From positions 73,251 through 137,250 of the forward strand of contig NMRA01000253.1 of assembly GCA_002633005.1 (NCBI GenBank): DNA of 64,000 bases, given 5' to 3'. Position 1 is the stretch's first letter; the number at the start of each line of letters is the position of its first letter. The notes below the pieces were generated by a model, which was given only the letters and a program-made list of their open reading frames with translations, was not told where the DNA came from and did not search any database. The translations under genes were made by a program, and so were the position numbers. This document shows, piece after piece, positions 13,325 through 24,721 of the stretch. This stretch comes from Phoronis australis (Eukaryota > Animalia > Phoronida).

Positions 13325-13967
13325 GTAGAGCTGGGTTATATTGTTTGATTGATCGACAAGGTTATGATGACGAGGTGATGACCACCACGACGACTATGGT
13401 GATGAGGATTATGACGATGATGACGCCAGTGATGACGGTGGCCATGATGATGATGATAGTTACTCAATAGCAGAGGTTACAGTCAACGAGTACACGAAGG
13501 AAAAGCCTGCTTCCATGGAGATAATAGCTTTTCACGGTACTGGGCAAATACATAAATAATTGAGTTGATTTTGGAAAAAAAATAAAGAAATGAATGGTTC
13601 TGGTTTTACGCTAGATCAACATACACGCAAGAAAACAACTAAATATGTTTTAGCGAGAGATGTCATATTTACGAAACTTCAAAGTCCAGGCGTTTTGTTA
13701 TTTTGCTCAGAACAACATTGGTGGGGAATTATACACCTAAAAAGTGAATACTGAGCACCGATCAGGGTACGAAGTCTGTTGTCGCTACATGAGTTATGTG
13801 CGTTATGAACCTTAATGTCATGTTGGACGCAAATTCCGGTCAAATTCCCTCATGCACAAAACAGAAACATATGAGGCAATTTAGATATGCTTAGATGTAC
13901 GCATGCTGTATTGCGGTGTACGTATATACGCACGCTTGCCTGCATAAACATCCCGTTATCATTTCAG

Positions 13968-14110
13968 ATGCGCTCCGAGCCAGCATTCGCCTGCAACATC
14001 CGCTAAATAAAGACATCACGTATCTTCAAGGAACCATACTAACAGACGGAAACGATGAATTCAGCACGCAACCGACGGCGCATACAGTTGCACTTTGCGA
14101 ATATGCACAG
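13968..14110 (+). CDS. L3HYPDH: Proline racemase family protein, exon 3
   Basis: Acceptor atttcag|; HPLNKDITYLQGTILTDG; donor CAG|gtaaag (phase 0). Confidence 0.9.
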
Positions 14111-15880
14111 GTAAAGTCTTTGTCTACCGTTTGCTAAACACTCAACATGTCTGTAGTACAGACACTCGTCCAATAAGGTAAAATGCCGTGACTTGACCCA
14201 CCTGGTCGCTTTATACGTAGTCAAATTTTCCAAATATACACCATAATTACAATTTTAATCTGTGTCGAACAAAGGCAAGGCTTTATTTCAGCACGTGTTC
14301 AGCGTGTCTACAAAATAAACTTAGGTAAGGCTATTAATGGTATCATAGATTCTCTTAAGTACACATACACTGTACACATGTAATTGGTCCTTTTTTACTT
14401 CGATGTCGCTGTCACATGCTGTTTCTGAAGGTCTACACAGGCTTAGGATTGGAGTACGCGTAATGCAAGAACGTGTCATTCTCTGCACGTACGCCACGTT
14501 TCTCAAAGACACAGGCCATGTCTCGAGCCTGTCCATGACAAAAATTTATGTCCTCCAGAACAACTAAAACAAGTGTAGGAAAAACATCACCACATCCGGC
14601 AAAATTTACTAGAGATGCTAATGACCGTCATGCAAGTGCATTGTGGGACAATGATTGTTGTTTAAATAACATTTGCGCAAAAAATGATGCATTGGACCTG
14701 TGCTTTCAACAAAGGTGAGCACATGTGACACAGTGTTTTCCGCCGTATCAAGTCACCAAGTTAAGGTAATGTCACCGGATGTTTACTGGCCGAAACTGTC
14801 CCATAATGCATTTGAGGACCAGCAGCGCTGTTGATGACATCTCCAGAGCTGCTTTTGGCGGCCGAAACGAATTGCCATCGTGGAAAGGACAATTTGAGAC
14901 AAATCGGTGAAAGCTAACTCGTGATTTCAAGGTAAAGGTCGTAAAAATAAATTGAAATACTCAAAAGAACCTTTCTGAATCATTGGAACACTTTAAACAA
15001 TATCAAATAAGAATACGAATTGTGTTTATTTTCCATATTTTATATTAGAAGCATAAAACAGAAGGTATATTCTTTTTCGTGCGGCATTCGTGCCCCTGTC
15101 GACTGGTGGTTGATTACCACGACCATTCGTGGTGAATAATCACTGATTACCATCATGAGTAGCACGACTGATCGCTGGCCGCTCAAAGTAGTCGCACCAC
15201 CAGTAATACCAGTAATGATTGCTTCCAAGATTTAGCGTACCAACGATCATGCAACCTGTCCCCCGATTATCTGGTGTACTACTTAGTAGCACGACTACTT
15301 CATAGTTAAAAGAAAGCCGCGTACAGTTGTCGTGCTACTACCAGTTCGTGGACATGTCTTGCGATTAAATATTCATACGATTCCGTGCAGCCAAGGATTC
15401 ACACGGTGACTTAGTTTTATGGACAAAGTTGAGACTAGGAAAAGAGATTGATTTGCAGATGTTTGTATGTAGGAGTATGCGAAGAAATGGAAGGAACGTG
15501 ACAACGTTCCCAAAATTAACGTTAGATTTTACAAATAAAAGTAATTTCTAATCTTTAACGCTTGGTAATTGCATGCTTCCTTGTACTAGTCACTGTCTCA
15601 TATCCTTATTATTAGGTAGTCCATCATTGTAAAGCAGACAAACTTGTATCTATGCATTTTGAGTTACAGTGCTAAAACCAATGACAAAATGAACAATATC
15701 TATGTTGCATGTGTTTTCCTTATTAATCTTGTCCGGAGTGCAAGACAGTTTGAAATGTAGGTGAGCCATGCGATGTATTTTCTTCCATTATGGACCTAGT
15801 CCTATCTACACGTAAATGTATGATGTTAACCAAAAAGTCACAATCTAAAAAAACGATGTTGAATGTTACACTGTTTGCAG

Positions 15881-16153
15881 GTCCCACGAGCGCCTTGCGG
15901 ATCAGGGACCACCGCTCGCGTAGCGCTCCAGTATCACATGCAGAAGGTCAAATTGAACGAGACAAGAATATTCGAGAACGCCATCACTAAGACTCGATTC
16001 AACGCCACTCCACGGACAGAGACGAAGTGCGGAGATTTTCCAGCTGTACACGTTGAAATAGAAGGCAGAGCGTTTTATACGGGTTCCGCGACATTCACGT
16101 TTGAAACTGGTGATAGATTAGGAGCAGGGTTTATTCCTGGAGTTAAAATTTAA
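15881..16153 (+). CDS. L3HYPDH: Proline racemase family protein, exon 4
   Basis: Acceptor ctgtttgcag|; VPRAPCGSGTTARVAL...VEIEGRAFYTG...GF; TAA stop. Confidence 0.9.
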   Translation, partial: VPRAPCGSGTTARVALQYHMQKVKLNETRIFENAITKTRFNATPRTETKCGDFPAVHVEIEGRAFYTGSATFTFETGDRLGAGFIPGVKI

Positions 16154-17149
16154 GGAAGACCAAATGCATAGGCTGTTGCCTAGAATCGCATGAAAAGTAA
16201 AGCTAAGTGTGCAGATCACCATGATAAGTATATTCCTGAAAACTCATTAAAGAAATGACTCCAGGATGGACTCCCTAATCCAGTCAAAACTGATGCACAT
16301 AGACGATATGCTTCTGAGGTCGCTAATTACATGTAGTTTCACTTATCAATTAGAAAAAAAATACTTTGGCCTCACGGAGATGTACAATAGTCACAATCCA
16401 CATTTTGTTGAAGAAACCGCACGAAGGGAAAATAAACCCGAGAATTCTGTCAAAAACCATTTTTTTTAATTTAGCCAACTTACTGTTATTAAGTCGGATT
16501 CGTATACATGTTGTTCCTTACGCAGATCGTTATTGTTTCAGAGCAGCGCATTTAATTTAGTTGTCACCACAGGTAATTTACATGCACATTTTCCAAGAAA
16601 AATCAACGTAAGACGAACTCCAGGTCATCCAAAGATTGTAACTCAATTAACTTCAATCAAAGGACAGAACACGATGACAGTGCTTTGGAAGAACAACTAC
16701 GCCTGTGACTAACTTGCTGTTATTGAAGCCAGAAAACGGTTCACAGCAGTTTTGAAACTCAACTTCGACTAAAAAGATTTGCCTGATTATGTACAGAGGT
16801 TTTCATTTTTTCAAGCTGGAAATCAAAAGGAAACTACCATAGGGGGGCACACCCTTTCTTTGCCTAGACTCAGACAATAATCTGACCCATTTCGCTGGGA
16901 GCTTCTATGGAAAATTCCCTCTTACATTGGTTGGATTTCAAAAACAAGCTCCCTAGACTGTATTATTTTTGACACAACAAGCCTCAACAATTTTGGGAAA
17001 CCCTTCGGTATATGTATTGTTTGTTTGGAAAAGCTCCCTGTCGAAGAGACTCTTGCCATTCCCAGGTCGACGATCACATTTCATAATTTATGACTCCAGC
17101 GTTATACATGTTCCTGTACATAAAAAATGTTAATATTAATGTCATACCA

Positions 17150-17385
17150 ATGTACCCAAGGTCCCAAGCCCTGCAGTAAAACAGGGATGTACTGTATTAA
17201 AGTTGAATTGTGGTCTTTGTTTTGTTTTTATTTTCTTCTCTCGTATTTGCATTTTGTTTCAAACAACACATGTGTGTCTGTGTGTTTGTATAGTGCGTTT
17301 ACTTTTGTAAAATAGGGCTGGTGGTCTAATTACATTGAATGAATAACTTACTTACTTACTTACTTACTTATTTACTTATTTACTG
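17150..17385 (+). mobile_element. Probable non-LTR retrotransposon 3' end with (TTAC)n tail
   Basis: T-rich UTR-like tract ending in gaataa followed by (CTTA/TTTA)n at 17346-17384. Confidence 0.4.
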
Positions 17386-18049
17386 CTATCAAAGAACCTT
17401 AGAAATGTTTCATTATTTATGTCAGTACAACACGCATAATCATCCTATTATTGAAATCAATGTAATATGCCAAGAGCAGACATCAGTTTCTCACCCACAT
17501 CAAAGTATGCAGTAAAACGACAGATTCTACGGATAAGATGGACATTGCCTTTTTTAATCCACCAATTATCAGAATTATTTCCGTGGTCCATGAATAAGCT
17601 TCTCTGCATGTACTGCACGTGCAGGACAAAAACACACACCTTCATCAATTCCAAGATAATCAGTGATAGTTGACTTTCAAAATTCAGATAAATTGCAGTT
17701 TAAGGAAAGACTTTCTTTAAAAAAATAATGTGACGGAAACGACATAAAACAAGACCAATTAGTTAATGATACCAATAAAAGTTATCTTAGTTTATCTTAC
17801 AGCTAATCCAATAACGTGCTGAGGTAAATTGTATCCTGCTTCACACGAAAAATCTTTACGTTGTTTGACACTCGCTGAAAGATTTAATTGCGTCCCAAAA
17901 GTAAGTATGTAAGCCTATATCCATAAACTTAAACGACGAATAAAAGACAAGGCGAGCCAAATAACCGTATTATACAGTGTACATCTAGTCTCAGTGTGTG
18001 TAAATACTCCGTTAAAGAAGTGCTACATGCACTTGTGAAGCCTACTTTA

Positions 18050-18642
18050 GAGAAAGATTTTACCTGCAACTGTATGTGCCGTAGGCTGGGCACTATTTAC
18101 ACGTTCTTCCGTTACTGGTAATGTTTCTTTTAAAAACATTAAAACCGAGGCCGGCAAGACATCTTTCATTTATGCTGCTGCTGCAATATGGAACTCTCTT
18201 AGCTCAGAAATTCAATTAATACTTTCAAACTTAATGTTAAAAAGTGGCTGTAATTTACTTAACCATTCTTACACGTTACCTGTCTTAATTATGTCATTAT
18301 TTATTATTGTAAATACTCTCGCTATTTAGTATCATCTCATTATTTATTTCATCACTCCTATTAAATTTTCATCTTCCTTCGTCATTTATTTATTATCTAA
18401 AGTCTCTTAATTGTATCTTTGTTACATGTAGTTGATTATTGATAGATACATGTAAAATTTAAGTCTAACACTGGAATAAAATGTTCATGTATTTAATTAT
18501 TGTTTTACTACTTTATTGTATTATCTTACTCTTTTATATTTTGTTGTTGAGGACCCTCTTGGAAAGCAGTGCTAATACTGAAGATGTCATCCTCATTTTA
18601 AATAGTAAGATAAATAAATAAATGAATACATAAATAAATAAA
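18050..18642 (+). mobile_element. CR1/L2-like LINE 3' remnant
   Basis: IKTEAGKTSFIYAAAAIWNSLSSEIQ resembles the CR1/L2 ORF2 C-terminus (F.y....WNsL). Followed by an AT-rich UTR, a gagga...tcctc hairpin and a (TAAA)n tail. Confidence 0.65.
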
Positions 18643-20012
18643 CATTTTTAATGTTTCCGATTGCCAATATGGTTTACTAACGATACGAGATGTCTTTAGC
18701 AAACTGGTGTTGCAGACGGATGTCCATTCCGAGTGCCTCTGAAATGGTCACCGCGTGTGAATGCAGGCCAGCGTGCGCACATGTATATCCGTACAATATC
18801 AATGTAACATTGATAAACATTTCTAAATAACCCTATATTTTGTCTAGTTTTGAGCCTGAGTAAATTGGTCAGCGTTTAACTTTTTCTAAAGTAATCATTG
18901 TGGTACACATCAACCATTGCAAAAAGTACCTCAGCATACAGGAGAGCGTGATCTCAAACAAAACAGATATGGATATCGATAAGAAACTTTCATTTCATTG
19001 TAATAAAATTTGGTGATCATCATCATTATCATATTTTTTAAATAGAAGCAATACAATCTTTGTAGTTAATAATATTCCAATATCAGCTAATGAATATCGG
19101 ATTTATGCATTGTAGTGGAAAGTTCTTACCTCCATGAAGACACGCTTCAGCGAAAATAATCAAGATTCACCTAATGTTTAAGAAGGACCACAGAAAAAAT
19201 GTCCAATTTTGGTCAACATCGGAACATCATATCTCAAAAATGACTGTTTAGATTTACATGAAACTTTCAGATACTACCTTGATGCGATACACTGTTCTTC
19301 AAAATCTTGTTTCTTAGTTTAGAATGTTTCATTTTCGCAAGAGAGGCTATAAAAATAAGACGTAAATAATTTTCATAAAAAATTGCATAAAACAGAAACG
19401 AAACGACATATTAGAAAAGTGAACCGCGTTTCGAGTTTTTATTTTAAACATTGATATCGAAATCTGGTGATGTTATTGGTCCTGTTGTTCTGATACGATT
19501 GTACCTACAATGTAGGTTTCCCGTTTTGCTAAACTTTCCTAAAGAGCAAGGTCACGTGACCTTAGTATTCGCAGACTGGTATAAATGACTCGAATTCTAC
19601 GGAATTTCTACTTTCAGAAAATATATTCATTTTCCGAGTTAAATTGTATGCTTGTGTAGATATTCGGCTAAATGTATAAACTTGTCGATAGGTCCTGTAC
19701 ATGTACCTACATAACCGTAACGTCCGTCCATTCTCCTCAACGGTAGTGTCGATATCCCGATAATGCAGACATCGCGATTGATTAACTCCAACAGGGTTGT
19801 CAACAGTATGAATTTTAGTTATTTAAATACACAAAAATGCCATTTTCTCAACGCCTTGATTGCATCTTTGAATCCAATACGTGATAAATCATTCGTTATC
19901 TGGTTCAAGAGGCAAACAAAATTATCAATAAATCTTTTAATTTGTTGAATCTAAGACCACATCCACATACACGTACATGTAGGTCCGGCGGGCCAGTAAC
20001 TTTTAAGTTACA

Positions 20013-20171
20013 AGCCTGGCGTGTGTTCAGTAGACGCTAGGACTTACGCTAGGACCTAGCTAAAACCTAGTCAAAGTCACGTGTTATCATTTAAAATACA
20101 CGGCAATTTCTCACGTAATTTCGCGAAGTCTTGCTTTTTAGCGAGTTCCTAGCGTTACTGAACGGGAGGCT
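20013..20171. mobile_element. ~155-bp MITE; further copies at 21166-21311 and, decayed, ~4765-4895
   Basis: Imperfect TIRs agcct..gttcagta.acgctagga / tcctagcgttactgaac..aggct; shared core ctagtcaaagtcacgt...tcgcgaagtcttgct. Confidence 0.75.
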
Positions 20172-21165
20172 GGTCTCCAATCAACTGTCCCCGGGCCAGC
20201 GGGTTAGCGTGTATTTTGAACGCGGCCAGTTTCTGTGAATAATATTTGAGATATCATTGACTGAGAATTTTTGAGAAAAGAACGAGTGTCCTTGAGGTCG
20301 GATTCTTGGTTCGAAGTGTGGAAACTGGACGATTTAGACGCATTTTGAATACATTCTCAGGAGATACGATGGTCACGATTGCCAGGATATCAGTGCCTAG
20401 ACCACATAGCCTCGGAGTTTGACGACATAGTCTGCACGTAAGTATTAATTCGAAAATAAGGAAAAAAACCCCAAAAACTTTGTGAAAGCTTATGGAGTAT
20501 TTTAATTTAAAAATTGTACAAGATAACCCCTCGCGGAAATGGACGAATTTCATACAGAAGGAGCATGCTTAGTACTTACTGCTGTATTCCATGTTGGATA
20601 AACGAAGTGTTTCGTAGACAAGAGTGATGTTCTCTGTGTCAGCCAACCATGAAATGGACGACAGTTTTAGTAATGCTTAAAATAGTTAAAAACGTCTACG
20701 GATTTCTCGATACCAGTGAGCAGTGAAGTCAGTGGTCAATGACCGCAGTGCAGGTAAGAAATCAATTCTTCATTGCATACGTCTGTATGGTTTTAGCCTA
20801 GTGAGGATCAGTTCCAACTCATTAAAGTTCCGATAGAAAAGACAAAGTTCCGAGTTGGAGAGAAAATCGCTTCTAGATTTTAATATACAGTACGTATATG
20901 TACATTATAACGTTGCAAGGAAAATCACTTATCGTACCGAATCCGCACAATGCGGCCTGTCTATCATCCAAATTGCGTCACAATAGTGCCAAACTAGTCA
21001 TCAGTAAACATTTTTTAAGATTGTTGAAAAATTTCATGCAATAAATATAAGTGACCTTGCTTTTCATTGGATAGTGTAAACCATATCAACCACATATTAA
21101 CCAGTGAGAGTGGAGGTTGTTTAGTCTGAACTGAATGATACAATTTAAAAAGTGAAAATCNTTCA

Positions 21166-21311
21166 AGCCAGGCGTGCGTTCAGTAGCCACTAGGACCTAG
21201 CTAAAACCTAGTCAAAGTCACGTGTTCTCATTTAAAATACACGGCAATATCTCACGTAATCTCGCGAAGTCTTGCTTTTTAGCGAGGTCCTAGCGTAACT
21301 GAACGGGAGGC
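21166..21311. mobile_element. Second copy of the ~155-bp MITE
   Basis: Near-identical to 20013-20171. Confidence 0.75.
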
Positions 21312-22069
21312 AGTCTTACTTCTGCTTGGCATCAATCATTAGTCATGGTACGTTTACAGTGCTCTGTTGATTAGGTTCTTGGAATATAGTTTTTGTTTGT
21401 ACCACACTTTATTTTAGTAAATGTGTCACTAAATGTAACAATGAGTTATCTCGTTAGTTCATTTTCCAGTCGTGCTATCTGTTTACGATTATGCTGGACC
21501 TTAAAAACGTAACCTTATAATCGGCCTGGTCTAATTCATACGAAAAGTTTACATTCTATGCCCCTAGATTCCCATCTATCCAGGAAATCTGAAATCAGTT
21601 CCATATGAAGAAACTTGGAGCACTATCGAAAGACTCTTAAAACAATGATGTATTTCACTTACCAATGCGACATTATTTATAAATGTAGACTTCGAATAAC
21701 AGATTAACAAAAGTATCCCATTATTACATTTGTAACAGAGTGCACAAACAATGCATGCGATGTAGACCCCAAAACCTGTCAATTAATGACGCAAAAGAAA
21801 TGAGAATAACACGCCACAAGCTACTCGAGTTTCGCTTAAGGAGATGTTTAAACACGCATTTTTAGACGGTTATTGGAACATATGGATGCCAAATCTGAAA
21901 TTGATGATCCCCGTCTCCAAATTTCCAACCTAGGGTCGTCACCAATTCTCCAACTCCTCAATCTGCAGACGTTCAGAAATGTCATGTAAATACTTAACCA
22001 ATCAAGTCCGCTGGTTTGGACTTGACTTGTGATTCTCAAAAGGCCAAAGGGGCGCGTTATATGTATCCG

Positions 22070-22233
22070 CATGGGCTGCGCACTATAGGGGGCTGGGGGG
22101 GGGGGGTNGGGGGGGGGGGGGGGGGTATAGCCCCACTTTTTTCGGTGCTCTGGCGCCAGTGGTCTATGGGCGATACACCACAGGGGGCTATGGGGCTATA
22201 GCTCCCACTTTTTTCAGAACTGCGTCGCCCATG
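22070..22233. mobile_element. Short G-rich MITE-like element (catggg...cccatg); related inverted copy at 62064-62132
   Basis: Terminal inverted repeats; shared gcgcac(t/c)atagggggctggggg and agcccca.ttttttc.g motifs. Confidence 0.55.
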
Positions 22234-23431
22234 TACCGGTGTACATGTATAGCAAGGGAAACCTAATACAGACTAAAGCGGCCCACCGAAGGCCGTAAGC
22301 AGCAGTGTTAGCGGCTTCGGGCATGTGTTCCAAGATACGAGGATTTACATGTACTTTCAACAAATTTAGAATACCAGAAGAGAGTTTTCTCGATACTGCC
22401 AGCAAATTTGACACGAAAAAATATTTTACAAAGCATCGTGTGGCGTGAAAGATAATTCCAAATTTTGTCGCCCTCATTAGCTACATGTAACTGTGAGTAA
22501 TACACAAATATGGAACGGGGCTCGATATAAACTGCTGGTAATTTTCTGAAATTAATTATTCGAAGTGTACAATAAAACAACATTTACAGTAGAATAGAAC
22601 CAGGTTGAAATTCACGGTATACAGTGTATGTTTTACACACGTTTGCAACATTATTTGTTCAGGGAAACACTTCATTAGCAATTCGTCTATATTACTTAAC
22701 ATTTTACACTTGCTAGGTAAAATACACGGATGTTATGTACGTAACACACATTTAGGTAGAACAAGTTACGAAAATGAGACGGCAGGTCCAAAAAATTATC
22801 TCAATAACCCCTAGTTGACCTGACAGAAAAAAAAACTGACCATCAATTCTAATTTGTAAAAAATATAAAGTACGTACTTGTCATTAACATTTATCATGTG
22901 ACTAAAAGACGTATTTGCGACATAACTATGCTAATGTATAACAGGAACTAAACGACAATAAAATTTTAACATAATCTACAATAAACAAAATGCAGTTGTA
23001 TTCATTAACGATGTGAAAAAAATCTGCAAATACATGTATGTGACCTTTGAACTAATGACGTAACTCGGGGGCTCACATGCATCATGCAGTGCTATTCCCC
23101 AATACCATGTCACGATACTTACTGGGCACGGTGGATTATTTTCGCCGCAAAACTCGTGCTTAAAGCATTTGGCAATTTCCAACCTATTCACATTCTCATC
23201 GTCACTATATGTTGTTTTTTTACAAATTTGGACAAGCAATCACATAGATAAAGAATTAGCCTGCAAATTCCACTTTAAACTAAATCAAGAGTCTCATTTA
23301 TCTACACACATTCTTTTGAAATTCTTCGCAGAAAAAATCATCTTCTAAACTGAGTAAACAACCAGGTACACACAGAAACGTGACAAGGTCAAGCACTTAA
23401 TCCCGATCAAAAATGCTACAAAAGTCAAAGT

Positions 23432-23755
23432 CTGTTCTTCATTTTCCAAACACCATTGCTCTGAAATGCGACTCGCGCAGCATAGATAACATGGAAAAGT
23501 TGTCACACGTGCTAAAGAAGCTAGAACTATCATATCTAAATAAATGGTCCTAAGTACAACATTAACCGACGTCCTTGATTTTTAGGTCTTTGAAGACTGT
23601 TCTTCATTTTCCAAACACCAGTGCTCTGAAATACGACTCGCGCAGCGAAGACAAAATGGAAAAATTGTCACACGCTCAAAATAAGTCACAACTATTATAT
23701 CAAAACAAATGGACCTAAGTACTACATTAACTGGCATCCTTGATTCGTAGATGTT
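23432..23755. repeat. Tandem duplication, 165-bp unit x2
   Basis: ctgttcttcattttccaaacacca starts at 23432 and again at 23597. Confidence 0.85.
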
Positions 23756-24521
23756 TGCTACTCGAAGTCAACAGACAGAAATTAGCTCCAATAGACAGAA
23801 TAAAAAAAGTTTCGAGATACTAAATTGCCATAAAACAACAACTTTTGACTAGCGAGACAGGGCGATCGTGCACGTTGTCCGTATCAACTAGCTCTAGTTT
23901 TGATCGATATACCCCGGTTGTTTTCTTGGAAACAGATCACACGTGCTTCGGCGCTGGTGGTAACAATCCAACTCCAATTGTGTGAAGAAAAGGAGAAATA
24001 GAAAGGCAACGTCTTAGAAAAATACAAGGTTCAGCAATTAACTAAAATGTTAGGACAAGGGAGCAACAGCTTCTTCGTTTATAAATTGCCACTTTTCTAA
24101 TGTGGTAAATTGTTTGGTTTTGAAACCACGATAATGGGCTCACCTGTGTAAATATAAGAATTCCCTGACAGCAACAATTATTGGTAATTTGAACATTTCC
24201 AGATAGGAATGAGTACACCTAATATATAGATGAAATCCCACCGAGATGTGCGTAAACATACATTGTTGGTTCACCCGCGGCAATGGAAACATTTATGTAG
24301 ATGTACGCCAGACGGCACTATTGTTCCATCCTCTATGTGTCCTAGTAACATGAAGTCTGTAAATCCTCTCAGGTCCCGGAATAAATAAATCCACAAAAGC
24401 AGTTTTGATACTTATCCAAATCGACAAACTCGTTATTCTTTGAAAGCCATTGATACGGTTATTCACTGTACTAACTTACATATTGTAAATGTATAGACGC
24501 TGAGGTTGGCCAGTAATGAAA

Positions 24522-24668
24522 TATATCAAATAAACACAGAAAAATCACAGAACCCCCAAGTGGGAATCGAACCGCAGGTCTTTAGATTGCGGTCTAGTGC
24601 TTGCAATCTAGAGACCTGTGGTTCGATTCCCAGTTGGGTTTCCGGATTTTTTTGTTTAATTTGATATA
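24522..24668. repeat. Inverted pair of tRNA-derived SINE-like fragments forming a ~67-bp-arm hairpin
   Basis: Arms 24522-24590 and 24603-24668 are imperfect reverse complements. Each carries a tRNA B-box (GGTTCGATTCC). Confidence 0.75.
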
Positions 24669-24721
24669 CTAACTTACACTATGCTAAAAGTTTAAGCATG
24701 CGCGCTCATTTTCCTGTATCA

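Noticed and set aside
13325-13470. Met/Thr-rich extension of the exon 2 ORF
   Set aside because: Intronic (GAT/GAC)n low-complexity sequence after the splice donor at 13325.
24560-24635. tRNA gene
   Set aside because: Only anticodon/T-arm-like halves in inverted orientation; no complete cloverleaf or A-box.
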